A DNA stretch of 64,000 nt from Styela clava (Eukaryota): positions 10,726,001 through 10,790,000 of the forward strand of contig NC_135261.1 in NCBI RefSeq assembly GCF_964204865.1. The letters run 5' to 3'. Both the position numbers and the translations under genes were made by a program. The notes beneath the pieces are model-generated. The model was not told the origin of the DNA. It made no database searches and saw only the letters and a program-made list of their open reading frames with translations. Positions 51,718 to 64,000 of the stretch are shown piece by piece. The first letter of the stretch is position 1. Each line of letters starts with the position of its first letter.

Positions 51718-52218
51718 TCACCGCCTCCGCTTACTTGATCCGGGACCGGAAGCTCCGACAGCAGGACTTACCGATGTAACATTTCTAGTTCGTTTTCTAT
51801 TGCTTTTTGCACTTGGAGGTGTGCTTTTGCTTTGCAGCTGTAAATCTTTATTTGAGGATGACTTTGCTGTTGATGGCGTTTTTACTGCAGCCTCATGCTG
51901 CTCTTTTTTTGTTTTATCTTTGCCAAAATTTAAAATGTCTTCAGGTAGTTGAAAATGCTTTACATTGTTATTAAAAGGCAAAGCGTCTGATTCATCCAAT
52001 ACTGCAAGATTATACATTGTTGATAAATGTTCCCATATTTGAGCACTCGTTACAGGTTGTCCCAAAGATTGAGCAAATTTACTGTGAATTCCCATCATAT
52101 GAAAATGTTTATTAATTCCGACAGGTTTATGTCCTCGCATGGCATAAAATAGACAAACTTCAGTATCCGCATTCCAAAGTATGGGTGATACTGATGGTCG
52201 CTCAATTATTTCACCCAT
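51718..52218 (-). CDS. MRGBP: MRG/MORF4L-binding protein (Eaf7/CT20 family)
   Basis: WNADTEVCLFYAMRGHKPVGINKHFHM...IWEHLSTMYNL..LDESDALPF and a C-terminal KRRR; intronless CDS. Confidence 0.95.
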   Translation of the reverse strand: MGEIIERPSVSPILWNADTEVCLFYAMRGHKPVGINKHFHMMGIHSKFAQSLGQPVTSAQIWEHLSTMYNLAVLDESDALPFNNNVKHFQLPEDILNFGKDKTKKEQHEAAVKTPSTAKSSSNKDLQLQSKSTPPSAKSNRKRTRNVTSVSPAVGASGPGSSKRRR

Positions 52219-53327
52219 TTTTCTACAGAACTGTATAATACTGTAATATAAGTCTGATTAAAAATAAATAAAAAACTTAAATATGTAGGCCTATTTACTT
52301 TGCGACCTTTCAAAAGACTACTGGATTTGGAACCTTCAGATAAAGACGAATAAATTTTCCCAACCATCAGAACATACAGATCTCAATCTCAAATCCCTGT
52401 ACAGCTGTACCGAACGGTATGCTTTCTGGATTAATACCGGTACCTGTAACCGTGTGAAAAAAAATCTGAGATATACCGGTAGTCTAGTACCGGCGGTACC
52501 GGTACCGGTAGTACATTAGCGGTACGGTACCGTATGTGTGCATGTTTATTTGCCTCAAAAATGTAACAATATCTAATACAGACATACCGTAATAATTAAA
52601 CGGTACCGCCGGTATAACAGAGACAGGATACCGTACAGTAGTCAAGTAGTATGGCTGTATGGTACGGTACCGTAAATTGATGCAAAAACAGAAAAAAAGA
52701 TACTAGATTAAATGATACCGTACTCCCAATACAATGTCTAATCATTAGTCAAATGATATTCGACTGATCCCCTGAGGCGCAGTTCTTACCACTTCATGGC
52801 AGCTCCTGCCACGAACTAACCGCGGCAGCTATTGCCATGGTTTTATAGCGCTATTCAGTAATCAGTATTTACGGTATATTCACAAATTAATGTACCAGAT
52901 TTTAACGGTACCCAATATTTGTCACCATAAGCGACATCCCTGTCTCTACGGCCCACCTGCCGTGTTTACGGCAGCAAAATTTTACAAACCATTGGTTTTC
53001 AATTTGCTGCCGCGGTAACGGCATCTCGTCCTTGGTTTGTGGCAGCTAAAAAGTCAGTCGCCATCATTGAGGTGTTCATTGGGACCAATTTGGACGCCAT
53101 AGGTTTGGCTGTGGTATGGAAATACCGCCATGGTTTTGCGGCAGCTGCAGACGCCACAGAATACTTAAAACTGCACTTGGATACCCTGATGTGTGGTTGT
53201 AGAATTTATCAAATCTGTAAAATCCTGAATCAGCGCCTAACTCGACCATCCGTATAATTTGGAGGTGTTTATCACGACACTGTGACGTCTAGTGACGTAA
53301 TATTTTGGAGACGTAGTCAGGTGGGGG

Positions 53328-56300
53328 CAATGACATTAAACAAGATGATAGGCAACTCTGACGTCACTCCATAAGACTACAGGCGGAAGATTGTATTTCA
53401 TGATACGCTCCAATGCACATATTTCTCGTCGCCTTTCGCGTCCGTTTTCCGCTCGCTTTTGCTACTCGGTGTCTTTTTTACGTGTAGTACCTGCCTTTTT
53501 GCGCCTGTAACAAAACAAAATAATCTCTATATCTAAGAACTTTTGCTCACTTGGAAAGTTGGAATCAAATCAGAAAGTTTTTTTTTATCAGAGAATATTA
53601 CAGACGCGATAGCGGAAAGATTTGTGTGGAACATTTTGCAGATAATGACAAAGTTCAAAGTTAGTAATTTTAATGTTTGCGCTTAATCATTGAAATTTCA
53701 TTTAAAGAGGGGTGTCATACAAAACTGTGCTGTGATACAATTCCATACAATTCCAAGTTTGCACCTATCGAACTTGCTTTTGTAGGTGAATTGATTAGAC
53801 ATATTACATATTCAGTTAATCGTAGGTAACATTGCTGGTACATAATGCATCGTAGATAGGTTTGTTTAAATTCAGGAATTTAGCTCATAGCCCACTAATT
53901 AATATTATCTTCTATGCGGGAGGTTGCAGGGCTGAATTCAACTTGCAGCCTTACCGACCACCTGACGATGCTCATTTAGTTTGGCTCGAGCAAGTCTTCT
54001 TGAAATGCTTGTGTGGATGGAAACTACCTATATTTTTTGCCTTCCTCCGATTTTAGACAAATTTATTCTGAGGGATTTCGCATATAATTCTCATTGATTG
54101 TTGGCTGTTTATAATTCCTATTGATTGTGAATTCTGATTATAACAAAGAGTTAAAAAATTTTTATCTAATTTACTGGCACCTTTTTCTTGTCAATACTCC
54201 AAGCTGAGGTAATAAACAAGACAATACATTTATGTCATCTGGAAGCAAAATATGCACACTAATTAATAGTTTGGCACATTGAGATAATACATCATGACAT
54301 AAAATACAAGTTAAAGATATGTATGACCATCACATGGTAATTAAAATTAAAAAAAATTAATAGGGGCTGTGGAGTATGAAAAGTTCAAGACAAAGAAAAG
54401 AACAAATGTTCATAGCTCATGAACTCTCAATTTTGCCTCCATTGCTTTGTGAAGGCCAATATATTTCGAGTGGCTGAATTGGTTTACCTTTATGATAGCA
54501 ACGATTTTGTATTCAATATAGCGAGATTATTTCAAAATAATTGAAGTGATATTATTTCCCAAAGCAATTCTTGAATCGTCTGGAATAGATCAGTGGTCTC
54601 AAACTTATGGGTTTTCGAGAGCCGCATTGCATTTCGGAAATTGTAAAAAGAGCCGCAAACAGTTTTTGATAATGTATACTTAAAAGATATTTTTAAGATA
54701 GTTTTAGTTTGTGACATATATTGTGATGCAACTAAACAGTTGGATTAAGTTTTAAAATTTTCTTCAATTTCAAATGCAATTACATATTAATATTTGCATT
54801 CCACTATTATTGCAACATTTGCAAGTTACTGTATTTATTATAAAAAATTATAAAATTCTATGTACAACCATCAAAATCATTTTTGAACAAGCTTTGAATA
54901 AGGAAAGAATAATACATACACTAAAAATAACTTAATCTAAATATATGAACCTAAAATTAACAAAAATACTACAGTATAAACTCAATGTTTTAATAATTAC
55001 ATTTGTCCTGACGTTTGGCATCTTTTTTGTGTCACCAGCATACTAAGGCCAGGCTGTAATGATTTTATAGTACCGACTCTAACTAACGAGGCCACATGAT
55101 CATGGGTTAATCTGGATCTTTGCGAATGTTTAATTAACTCCAGTAATACAAAAAAGTTACTTTTATCATTTCATGTATAGATCAGTAAAAAAAACAAATG
55201 ACAGATTTTTTTGAGAAGACATTTCGCACCACATTGCGTGGTATAGGATCGCTTGAATTATTATTGATATTGATTTTTAGTAACTAAGTCGTTGTATAAT
55301 TATATTAATATACAAACACATGGAAATTTTCTGTCCGAAGTTGGTCTTCGAATTTGTCATATTGACTGCTGAGCTTATTGTGTTTTTTCATTGTATTGAT
55401 GGAAATATGACAAATTAAACAATGTGCTTCAGAATTTTGTGAAAAGCAGAAATGTTACAACTCCCATTTTCTTCGAAAATGCCACCTCCTTCATGTACTT
55501 TGCGTTTAATTTAATCACTCAAGTGTTTTATTCAAGTATTCTTTTGCAAGCTTGATGTGTATTCTTAATTGGGTCAAAATGTGGACAAAAAAAATTATTA
55601 TTCCAAAACTTCTTTCAGTAAATTGTATTCTGTGTGAATAATCAATTTCACTTTAAAAGGTTTGAAAAATCTATTACATTTAGACAAAAAAAAACTTCCA
55701 AAATACTATTACAATTATTGTTAAGCGTTCGAGGGCCGCACTGGAAGTTCTCTGGGGCCGCGAGTTTGAGATCCCTGGTCTAGATTGAAGTTGTGCAAAA
55801 AATATATGATAGTATTTTATCATGAATGATGATTATACCCCTTCCGGAATTTCTTCTATAGTACTACCAAAAGTTGATGAACCAAATATAACACAGGTGC
55901 AGTGAGTTACCCGTAATCCTCATTTTCCAAAGCTGTTTTAAGTATGTCTGGCGTGTTTTGTGCCTTTTTACAAATAAGACCGAGTATGCAATTTTACGCT
56001 TTTGAATTTTTAGTTATTTTCCTCAAGCCCTGCAGGATGTGGGGGCCATACACAACTCTACCGGAGGGTCAAATGTCTTTGCATGTCTCCATAGGTTGTT
56101 TTTCTATTGCAGAGTACTCTAATTATATTTCTTGGAATCACACTGTCACTGATATGTCGCCAGACTTCTGATATCTCCCCTTCTGCTACAGTTGTCCTGT
56201 GAATAAAAAGGTGCTGCAGGAGTCTCACAATGCTTAGACAGGTTTGTCCACAACTTTCACATCTGAAGAAACAGAGGAGATTTATTAATTTTCGTTAAGA

Positions 56301-56742
56301 ATAAATAAAGCAGTCTATATGATTTAGAATGGAAAAGCTAATAAATCCAATATCTCATGTTTTATGTAAAAAATATTTTACTGAATTTGGTATATAATTC
56401 CGGCAAATGGGCAACTACGTACCGTACTGAATTAATAACTTCGTAGTATTTGACAAAGGCTGGCTTTCCCACATGTACTTAACAGTGCGATGACCGGGTG
56501 TGATATACAATAATAGTATTTACCTTACCTTTTTCCGATTTTTTTTACCTTAACTTTCCAAAATATCATTAAAATCGACAACAACTGTCAAAGCAGGCAC
56601 GAACACCATTCGTGCTACGCCTTGAAAGCAGCACACATCCGCTCGTTTTCGTCTCGTCAAGTATGTGCATTGGAGCGTGCTATCGAATACGATCTTCGGA
56701 CAAAAATGCCGGAGTTGCGCATCATGTTGTTTAATGTCATTG
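53328..56742 (+). mobile_element. Non-autonomous P-superfamily DNA transposon, copy 2 (same nested hAT at ~54591-55777)
   Basis: Same TIR as copy 1 with a 7-bp TSD GTGGGGG. Highly similar to copy 1 apart from several deletions. An empty-site equivalent GTAGTCAGGTGGGGGTTAGG lies at ~63071. Confidence 0.88.
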
Positions 56743-56860
56743 GTGGGGGTTAGGAATGACTTAGGCGAAAATTGTTGAGCCAGGCCAACTAGAAGTGCAC
56801 GTGGTACCGATACTAAACTATACCAGACCATGTGTGTGTGAAATATTTTAATTATTTTAG

Positions 56861-57775
56861 GTGAGTGAACACGTACCTATTATGTGTACTTTATCAACAA
56901 CTAGTGCTCAAGTCCAAACAAAAACACGCATGAAGCGTGACATGGCAAATTTTTCTACCGACACATTCAGATTGGAAGTTGAGATGATGTGTAGAAATTA
57001 TGCCAGTGTTATATTATCCAAAGAAAATTTTAATAGTTCATTTGACCTCTTTCTTAGCCATTTTAAGTGGTTGATAAATAAGCACGCACCATTACGCCCT
57101 CTGTCACGCAGAGAAAATAAATTGTATTCCAAGCCCTGGATAACCAGGGGAATTCGCAAGTCCATCAAACACAAAAACGCCATGTTCAGAATAATGTTTC
57201 TTAACAGAAACGCATCGCAGCGTCATTACTTCAAAAAATACAAGAATATTTTACACACTTGCTAAGGAAATCGAAACGGCTGTACTACCATAATATTCTA
57301 GTCAACAACAGAGGAGACGTCAAACGCACATGGCAAACCATCAATGAGATTATAAAAATTGTGACAAGAGAGGTACCCACCGTCTCAGAATTAAAATTGG
57401 AAAATGGTACTACTGTGACAGACCCCGTCTATGTGGCCACTGAATTCAACAAATTCTTCTCTTCTATAGGGAAAAAACTCGCAGATGAAATCCCACATAG
57501 TACCAAATCAAATGCTGAATTCCTGGGTGTCCCTTTATAGAACTCTTTTTTTTCTTGAGTCAACATCACCTTTAGAAGTTCTCTGTGTAATCAGGGACCT
57601 GGAAAAGGGTAAAGCGATTGGACCGGATGGTATTTCCTCTTATTTTTTGAAATTAGTTGCTGATATCATATCACCAGCTTTGAGTAATTTCTTCAATTCG
57701 TCATTCAATTTAGGTATATTTCCTTCTTCATTAAAACTTGCTAGAGTTATACCAATTTTTAAATGCGGGAAAAAA
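56861..57775 (+). mobile_element. CR1/L2-type LINE ORF2 fragment (EN-RT linker and start of RT)
   Basis: KPWITRGIRKSIKHKN, TWQTINEI, FNKFFSSIG, KAIGPDGIS..LK....I...L...FNSS...GIFPSSLKLARVIPIFKCG. Frameshifted and truncated at both ends. Confidence 0.9.
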
Positions 57776-58035
57776 AACAACCAACAATCTTTTCTGCGCT
57801 CCATTCCATCATTCCCAACCAGTTTCATAAAAGGATCGGAACCTCGCAATATACCCGTAACGGATCGTCGTAACAGTTAACAGTTGTTATCAGGATACTT
57901 ATTGATAATAATCCAAATTTAGCTCTCCTATTGTTCTGGCACTGTCCCAATCTTAGTTATTTCTCTCCAACCCAAACTTTGATATATACCATTATTTGTG
58001 TGCATGCAATTGCGTTTCTTGTCATAGTTGTAAAA

Positions 58036-58082
58036 TGCTTGCCTGAAGAAGTCTGACCTCGGTCAGACGAAACGTCACAGAA
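58036..58082 (+). ncRNA. Penelope-type minimal hammerhead ribozyme motif
   Basis: CTGAAGA-A-GTCTGACC-tc-GGTCAGAC-GAAA-CGTC. Both core boxes are present, stem II is a perfect 8 bp, stem III is the palindrome ACGT and the cleavage triplet is GUC. Stem I is only partly paired. Confidence 0.7.
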
Positions 58083-59989
58083 ATATATATATTTGTGTAC
58101 GTGTGCAGCATGACTCTTGAATTAAATAGAATAGTCATTTTCACTCTTGCTATAGCATCCTTGAGCTATCCGCATACGGATCCACCTGCGCAAAGGCATA
58201 GTTAGAGCAAGGAAAGGTAGTTAGTTTCACGTAACCTCAACTGTTAGTAACATCTACATCGTTGCTAAAAACTCGACAAAGATGCAGTTGTGCAGAGATG
58301 TTCCGGATGTGGTACATGTGATATTTACTGAATTTTTTTGTCATAACCGTTTTATCTCGTTCATTTTTCTCGTGTCTTATGTCCGCCCTATTTTCTGGCG
58401 TTTTTCTTCCTTACAGCCGCTTTTCTAAATACTAATGCAGCTAAGCCTAGGTTTAGGTCTAGAATTGTTGATTCAAATGTCTGTGAAGTTGAACTGTCGA
58501 GATGAAACGAAAACGAAAGATACAGTGACTACCAGCTAAAGAGAAAATAAAAAATAATACAGTTAATTTACTTACAGTCATATCCATCATTTTGGCTTTT
58601 CCGCAAATATATATATTAATTTTAACGGAAATTATTAAATGATCTGACTTCATTACCAGTCTTCTCGTTATTTTGCAATTTTATGATTTCACAGTTATGC
58701 TTACTCATGCAGTTAGACCAATATCAGGCCTAATTATTGATTTGAGGTGGAATTGGACCACAAAGTTTGGAATTGTTGGCAACTGGGTCTGTTAGAGAAA
58801 ATGCGGTTAGATGAAGATTTATTCAGTTAAGCGAAAAATGCAATCTGGACACACCGGAAATTTGAAGCAATTGGTCCAGTAGTTGATGAAAAAAGAGCGG
58901 AGCGATTTTTCTATAACAAGATATTACCATGGAAATGGACATGAACAAGAAAACTAACGACATAATAACATGACGATCCATATGTACATTTCGTGTTCAA
59001 TCATATTGAAACAAATAACCAATGGTCACCCATCTCCATCAGTCGTTACATGAACTGAGTTGATGGAAACTCACTTTCAGAAACCATGTCATGTAATGCT
59101 AAAAATTCGCCTCCAATCCAATTTTTGAAAAATGCAATTTTATTTGCTGTAATGCCTACTTCTTACAAATGGCAAATTACTCATCGCGTTACAGTTTATT
59201 TTTCTATCTTACGTTAAGATTTCATCAACGAAAGTAATCGCAATGGTTGATGGAAATCTTACAAGAGTATTGGTTTACCAAGAAACAACCAATCTAATCT
59301 AATAATTCATACTTAACGGCTATTAATTTTATTTATTTTTAAAATTTCTGTGGGCTTATACGGGATTCGTATTTTTTGCGATGACGTCATCAACGATAAA
59401 AGTTACAAACCTTGTGGCGGTAGTCTGCTGTGACATGTTGCATACACGGGCTACTCGTTTTGGCCTTCTTGTCGCTATATATAATATATGAAGCATCGCT
59501 CACTCATAAGTAATATGCTGCACTGTTACTTGTTGGTTCATACTGCTGTCTCCCCCATAAAACTGTTTGCCGTTTTTCACCATGATATTATAACGAGCTT
59601 TTTGTTTATATTTCAGAAACTTGAAGTCTGTGATTGAATTTCTTTAAGCGCAAAATGAAAAGTTTTCATTTAGAAAGCAAGAGGAGTCACTTTCCGATGT
59701 GTCTCAAATATAAGAAAGTATGTAAGTAAGTAATTATATTTTTTTGCGTTTCAAATCATGATTTATTTTGAAAACAAAAACTTCAAAATTCATTTTTTTT
59801 TTCAAATAATATTTAACGGGCATGATCAGAATCCGATGTTTGTGTTACCGAAATCGCAGTGTGCAATTAGTCCTTAATGTATTTAATGGAATCTGAAAAC
59901 TGTAACTCTTGTAACTTTGACGTCGTCGCGATGCGCAAGTTTCCTTCGATAAATTTTCCACGCTATTGAGTCAGAGCGAAGGATACACT

Positions 59990-60430
59990 CCGCGAGATCG
60001 TATCTCGTTACTTATAATTACTCTTTAAAAGTTTAAGAAATGTCCATATCCCTCTATCAGGTTCGGGGTTGCAGAATTTCTCACCAAATTATCGCTAGGC
60101 TGTGTTTGAATAGCCGTCGCAACCCGGGTTAGCGCGGTTGTATTTGACACAAAATATAGGATTGGTAAATAGGCTATTGGCTGGAAACTAATCGAAACAT
60201 TCCAGTTCGGTTTTGCAGAATTATTCATAAAAGTATTTCCTCGAGTAGTATTTCGACGACGACATGGGGAGTTGGCTATTGTTTCCTACATTTTTGATAT
60301 TGGCTGAAAACTAATCAAAACAATCCAGTTCGGGTTTGCAGAATTTTTCGAACCGAAATCGCAGTTTCTGTTTTAGGGGATCCCCTAACTTTCGATCGAT
60401 AATTCTTCGGTCTCTGACCGATATTCTCGT
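59990..60430 (-). mobile_element. Second HINE-like element with ~125-145-bp internal repeats
   Basis: The end at 60371-60430 is the reverse complement of 14428-14490. GTTCGGxxTTGCAGAATT recurs at ~60061, 60205 and 60328. Confidence 0.5.
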
Positions 60431-63400
60431 TAGATAGTTGCACAACTCGCTATAGCGTTTTAAGGTTTAAATAGTTGTGTTCATAAATATCCATTACAAT
60501 ATGCTAAATAAAGTAAATGTCAAAATAGGTACTATCCACATATACGGGTATCCTTTTTAAAACAATAAAATAATGTAAAATATCAGCAACCCGGGCCCCT
60601 TCGCAGTAAAAGCATAACTACATTTATAATCTAACCCTGAAGTAAACTTGCTAGCGTTCTTAGTTTACCCCAGACTATAAATTATTTCAAAACTAACCCG
60701 CAATATGGATTTGAGAAATTGTATAAATTTAAATTGCGATTTTAATTCTCAGAACTACTCGTTACCCAAGCATATAATATTCCCAAACGAAAATCTATGC
60801 AATCGCTATTACTATGGACCTGCATTGATAGTTCTTTCTAACTCATTTTTTTCATGCAGGCGAATTTTCGGCATAACTAAATCTTAACATTCAGAACCGA
60901 AAATGAGTTTTTATCAACACAATCAATTTTTTCCCGATTTAAAAACCTTCCTATATATAATGACTTCTAAGGGGCAAAATGTATTTAATGTATAATTGTG
61001 CAATGTGACAAGTTTACGGTAAAACTCTTAGCTGATTTGTAATCAGAAAACCTCATATATTTGTAGTGAGAGCGTAATAAGTGAGCGAAATACCTCTTAT
61101 TACACACATCTCAAACTCGGAAATGCCCTCGATGACGGTCCCTACCACCAATTACTTGATATGATGGCGTGTATTAAAACTCAGATACGATTCTTGATTT
61201 GCCACTCAATTGTCACCATATAAATGGCATGGCTTGTCAGAATAATCTCACCCTAAAAGACCAGTTACCAGCGTCGTTTCCTCTCGCACCTCGCTTTGTT
61301 TTTCTTATTACCCTATTTTTGTTGTTTTGCCTCTTTCTTACGTCAAGTAGTCATGTAATTCCTACTAACCAATGAAAAGGAATCTTCAGTTCGCGATCTC
61401 CTCCGCTCTTTGTTTCTTTATTATAATCAAACTGTTTTTCTTGCCACGTCCAAACTTGTCTGCGCCCAGGCGGTCTTTTCAAATTTGACGCCGTCGGGTA
61501 AGCGTTGATTTTATTTTCCAGAATTTTTTACGTTTAATGGTTCATGTCCATCATTGTGTCGCTAGCCCAACGCCTGTATTATCTTACAGACATTTTTAAG
61601 ATTGTTATAGCTATACAATTAGACCAAACTTAGGCCTCTACTATTTAATCAAATGTCTACAAAGTGGAATTTTGATTGCAAGTTATGAAATTGGTGAGAT
61701 GAATCCTAATCGAAAGATGCCACGATTATTAGAGATAAACTTTATTCTTCATTTAGGCCATAGCGTAATACTAAATGATTCTGGTATGTAATTATTGAAT
61801 GACGGCGTGAACAAATGGAGGCGATCGACGAGAAAACATTCAAGTTAGAATAAGTAAGAAACTTTATTTACGTTTAGGTTAGATTCCTACTCTATTTTTG
61901 CTTTTATCTCATGTTTTTTTCAGTCCATATATTGCATTTCAGCTAAATAATATATATTTCAGATCGTGTTATGCGAACTGACTGGATGTCTGGGATGTAA
62001 ACAAGCTGCTAATGTTGACATCGGGAACTGCCGGAGCGGAACAGAAGCTACTATTAAATAAATATCATTAAATTAGGGATTCCAGTTCGGCCATAATATT
62101 GCACTAATCTGATATTGAAGAGAGAATTCATGCCGAATCAAAAACCCGGGATAGATATGATTGCGCAAAGATGTTAGAACCATTTCATATGCAAGATCCA
62201 CATTTACATCGTTGTTGAATTGAAAACCCGCCGAAGATGCGGTTGTGCAGAGATGTTCCGGATATAGTACAGGTGATTTTTTGTTTTTCATTATTGGCTT
62301 TTTTTTATCTGTTCTCATGTGTTATGTGCATCCTCTTATAATCTAGCGTTTTTTTTTTACAACCGTATTTCTGAGTCTTTTACAGCCATACTAATGTAGT
62401 TAGTTAAAACTATGTTTATGCTTACAATTGTTGATTCAAATGTCTACGAAGTGGACATGTTGAAGTGGAACGAATTCGAAAGTTACAATGACTACTAACT
62501 ATAAAATAAATAATATTACAGTTAGGCCATAACATGATATTAGGGCGATGATTGTTGTCAAACTCATGAATTGAAGACTCAAGGGAGACGATCAAGGATT
62601 GATAAGAATTTATTTAAAGCCATACGTGCACAAGCGCGGGCAATATAATAAATATATATACTACAGTCTTGGAAGTTTTATGATTTCGTAAGTGTCATTG
62701 TATTGTCTTAATATAATACACTTTACATAAATCTGATGACATATGAAGGTTTCAAACTAATGGGCTCTTGCGCAGTTCAGTACCACAATCCCAACCCCCA
62801 TCTGACTACGTCATTTAAAAATTATGTCACTACGACATCACAATCACGTCATAGGGCTTGTGAAATATACGTACGACTGCCCGGAATGGCATCGGCGCCG
62901 ACGATAAGGACTCACTAACGTCAGCGATCTCTCTCATACTGAAATCGTCGCGACGAAAAAACGAGTGAAATAGCTGTTCGATTTCGGGTGCGTCGACGAG
63001 CGCGTTTTGGATGACAGTCGCATATTTTGAAGGGCTATATTACGTCGCAATGACGTAATTTTTGGATGGAGTAGTCAGGTGGGGGTTAGGATTGACATGT
63101 AAAAAAATTGTTATGCTACGCCCACTGGAAGTATGTATGGTACTAAATTATACTAGACCTCATTTGTTGTAGGTGCATTCAAATTTACATTTTAAATACA
63201 TATATTTCCAATGTATTCTTCGTTTCGGCTGTTTCACAAATAATTTTCATTATAACGGCTATTAAGAAATGATCTGACTTCCTTTACAGCTCTCGTTTCT
63301 TTGCGGGCGATATATGTTTTTTTTTACAGTTATACGCTTACTTATGCAGTTGAATAATATTAGGCATATATTGATTTGGGGTGGAATAGAATCAGAAATT

Positions 63401-64000
63401 CTGGAATTGTGAGCATCTGGATCAGATGGAGGAAATGCGGTTTGGAGTATATGTTCAGTTAAGTATGATGTATTGGAGTGGTATTGATGGATGTGCATCT
63501 GCAGTCCGATTAAAGTCGTTCATTCTTCCAAATTTCTTATTTTGTAAAACCAATGCCCTTGTAATATTTCCATCAACCATTGCGATTCTCTTCTTCTTTT
63601 TCTTAATGAAAGCAATAAGTAAGAAGTACGCAAGGCCCTGTTTCACGTCCTATAGCAATTCCGAAGTTTCCCACTACTAAATTGCCTTTTCAGTTTTCGT
63701 TTGCAGTAATATACACGTGCAGACGAAAGTGGATAAAAGACGAACATTAGCATGACTGGACATGGTAGATGTAAGTAAGTTACCATCAACACAATCATTA
63801 AACATAGATTCAGACCATGTGACGACTGATAGAGATGGAGTAATTACTTGTTATTAATTTTAATATTATTGGGCACGAAATGTACATAAAGATCGTCATA
63901 TGTTATTATATTGTTGTTTTTCTTGTCCATATTCATTTCCTTGTTGCCTTTCTCATTACCAATCAATTTCTTTCAAATTTCCAGTAGTTGAAGATTGTAT

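Noticed and set aside
33477-56742. A single composite transposon carrying the five housekeeping genes
   Set aside because: Each P-type copy has its own distinct 7-bp TSD, so they are independent insertions.
62073-62318. 81-aa ORF, and an alternative frame ending RCKCGSCI* (cystine-knot-like)
   Set aside because: Neither frame is preserved in the paralogous segment at 58250-58330, and no upstream exons could be linked.
1-64000. CRISPR arrays, rRNA genes or prokaryotic defence systems
   Set aside because: The sequence is spliceosomal-intron-containing animal DNA. No repeat-spacer array or rRNA-like segment was seen.

Overview
AT-rich, intron-containing animal genomic DNA. It is probably an ascidian/tunicate, inferred from short introns, dense housekeeping genes with near-zero spacing and the transposon content; the species cannot be fixed from sequence alone. 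From left to right: (1) the 5' end of a TATA-driven, secreted Tyr/Cys-rich gene on the - strand, which runs off the window; (2) a decayed RLE-type (NeSL/Utopia/R2-group) retrotransposon; (3) a type-B carboxylesterase locus with two intact tail-to-tail 11-exon genes (12572-18286 +, 26123-19081 -), plus an older inverted, pseudogenised copy of their joined 3' halves (~5610-11860) interrupted by a three-level nested insertion (solo LTR > hAT > Tc1/pogo-like MITE); (4) a single-exon 1103-aa coiled-coil gene; (5) an MTHFS pseudogene fragment; (6) a compact housekeeping block (TIMM13-DAP3 on +; MRGBP-HACD3-CYB5RL on -) with operon-like spacing and a U12 intron in DAP3, bracketed by two recent copies of a P-superfamily element (7-bp TSD, THAP remnant); (7) a LINE fragment, Penelope-type minimal hammerhead motifs and an unexplained diverged local duplication. 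All calls come from manual reading and translation; no database searches were run.
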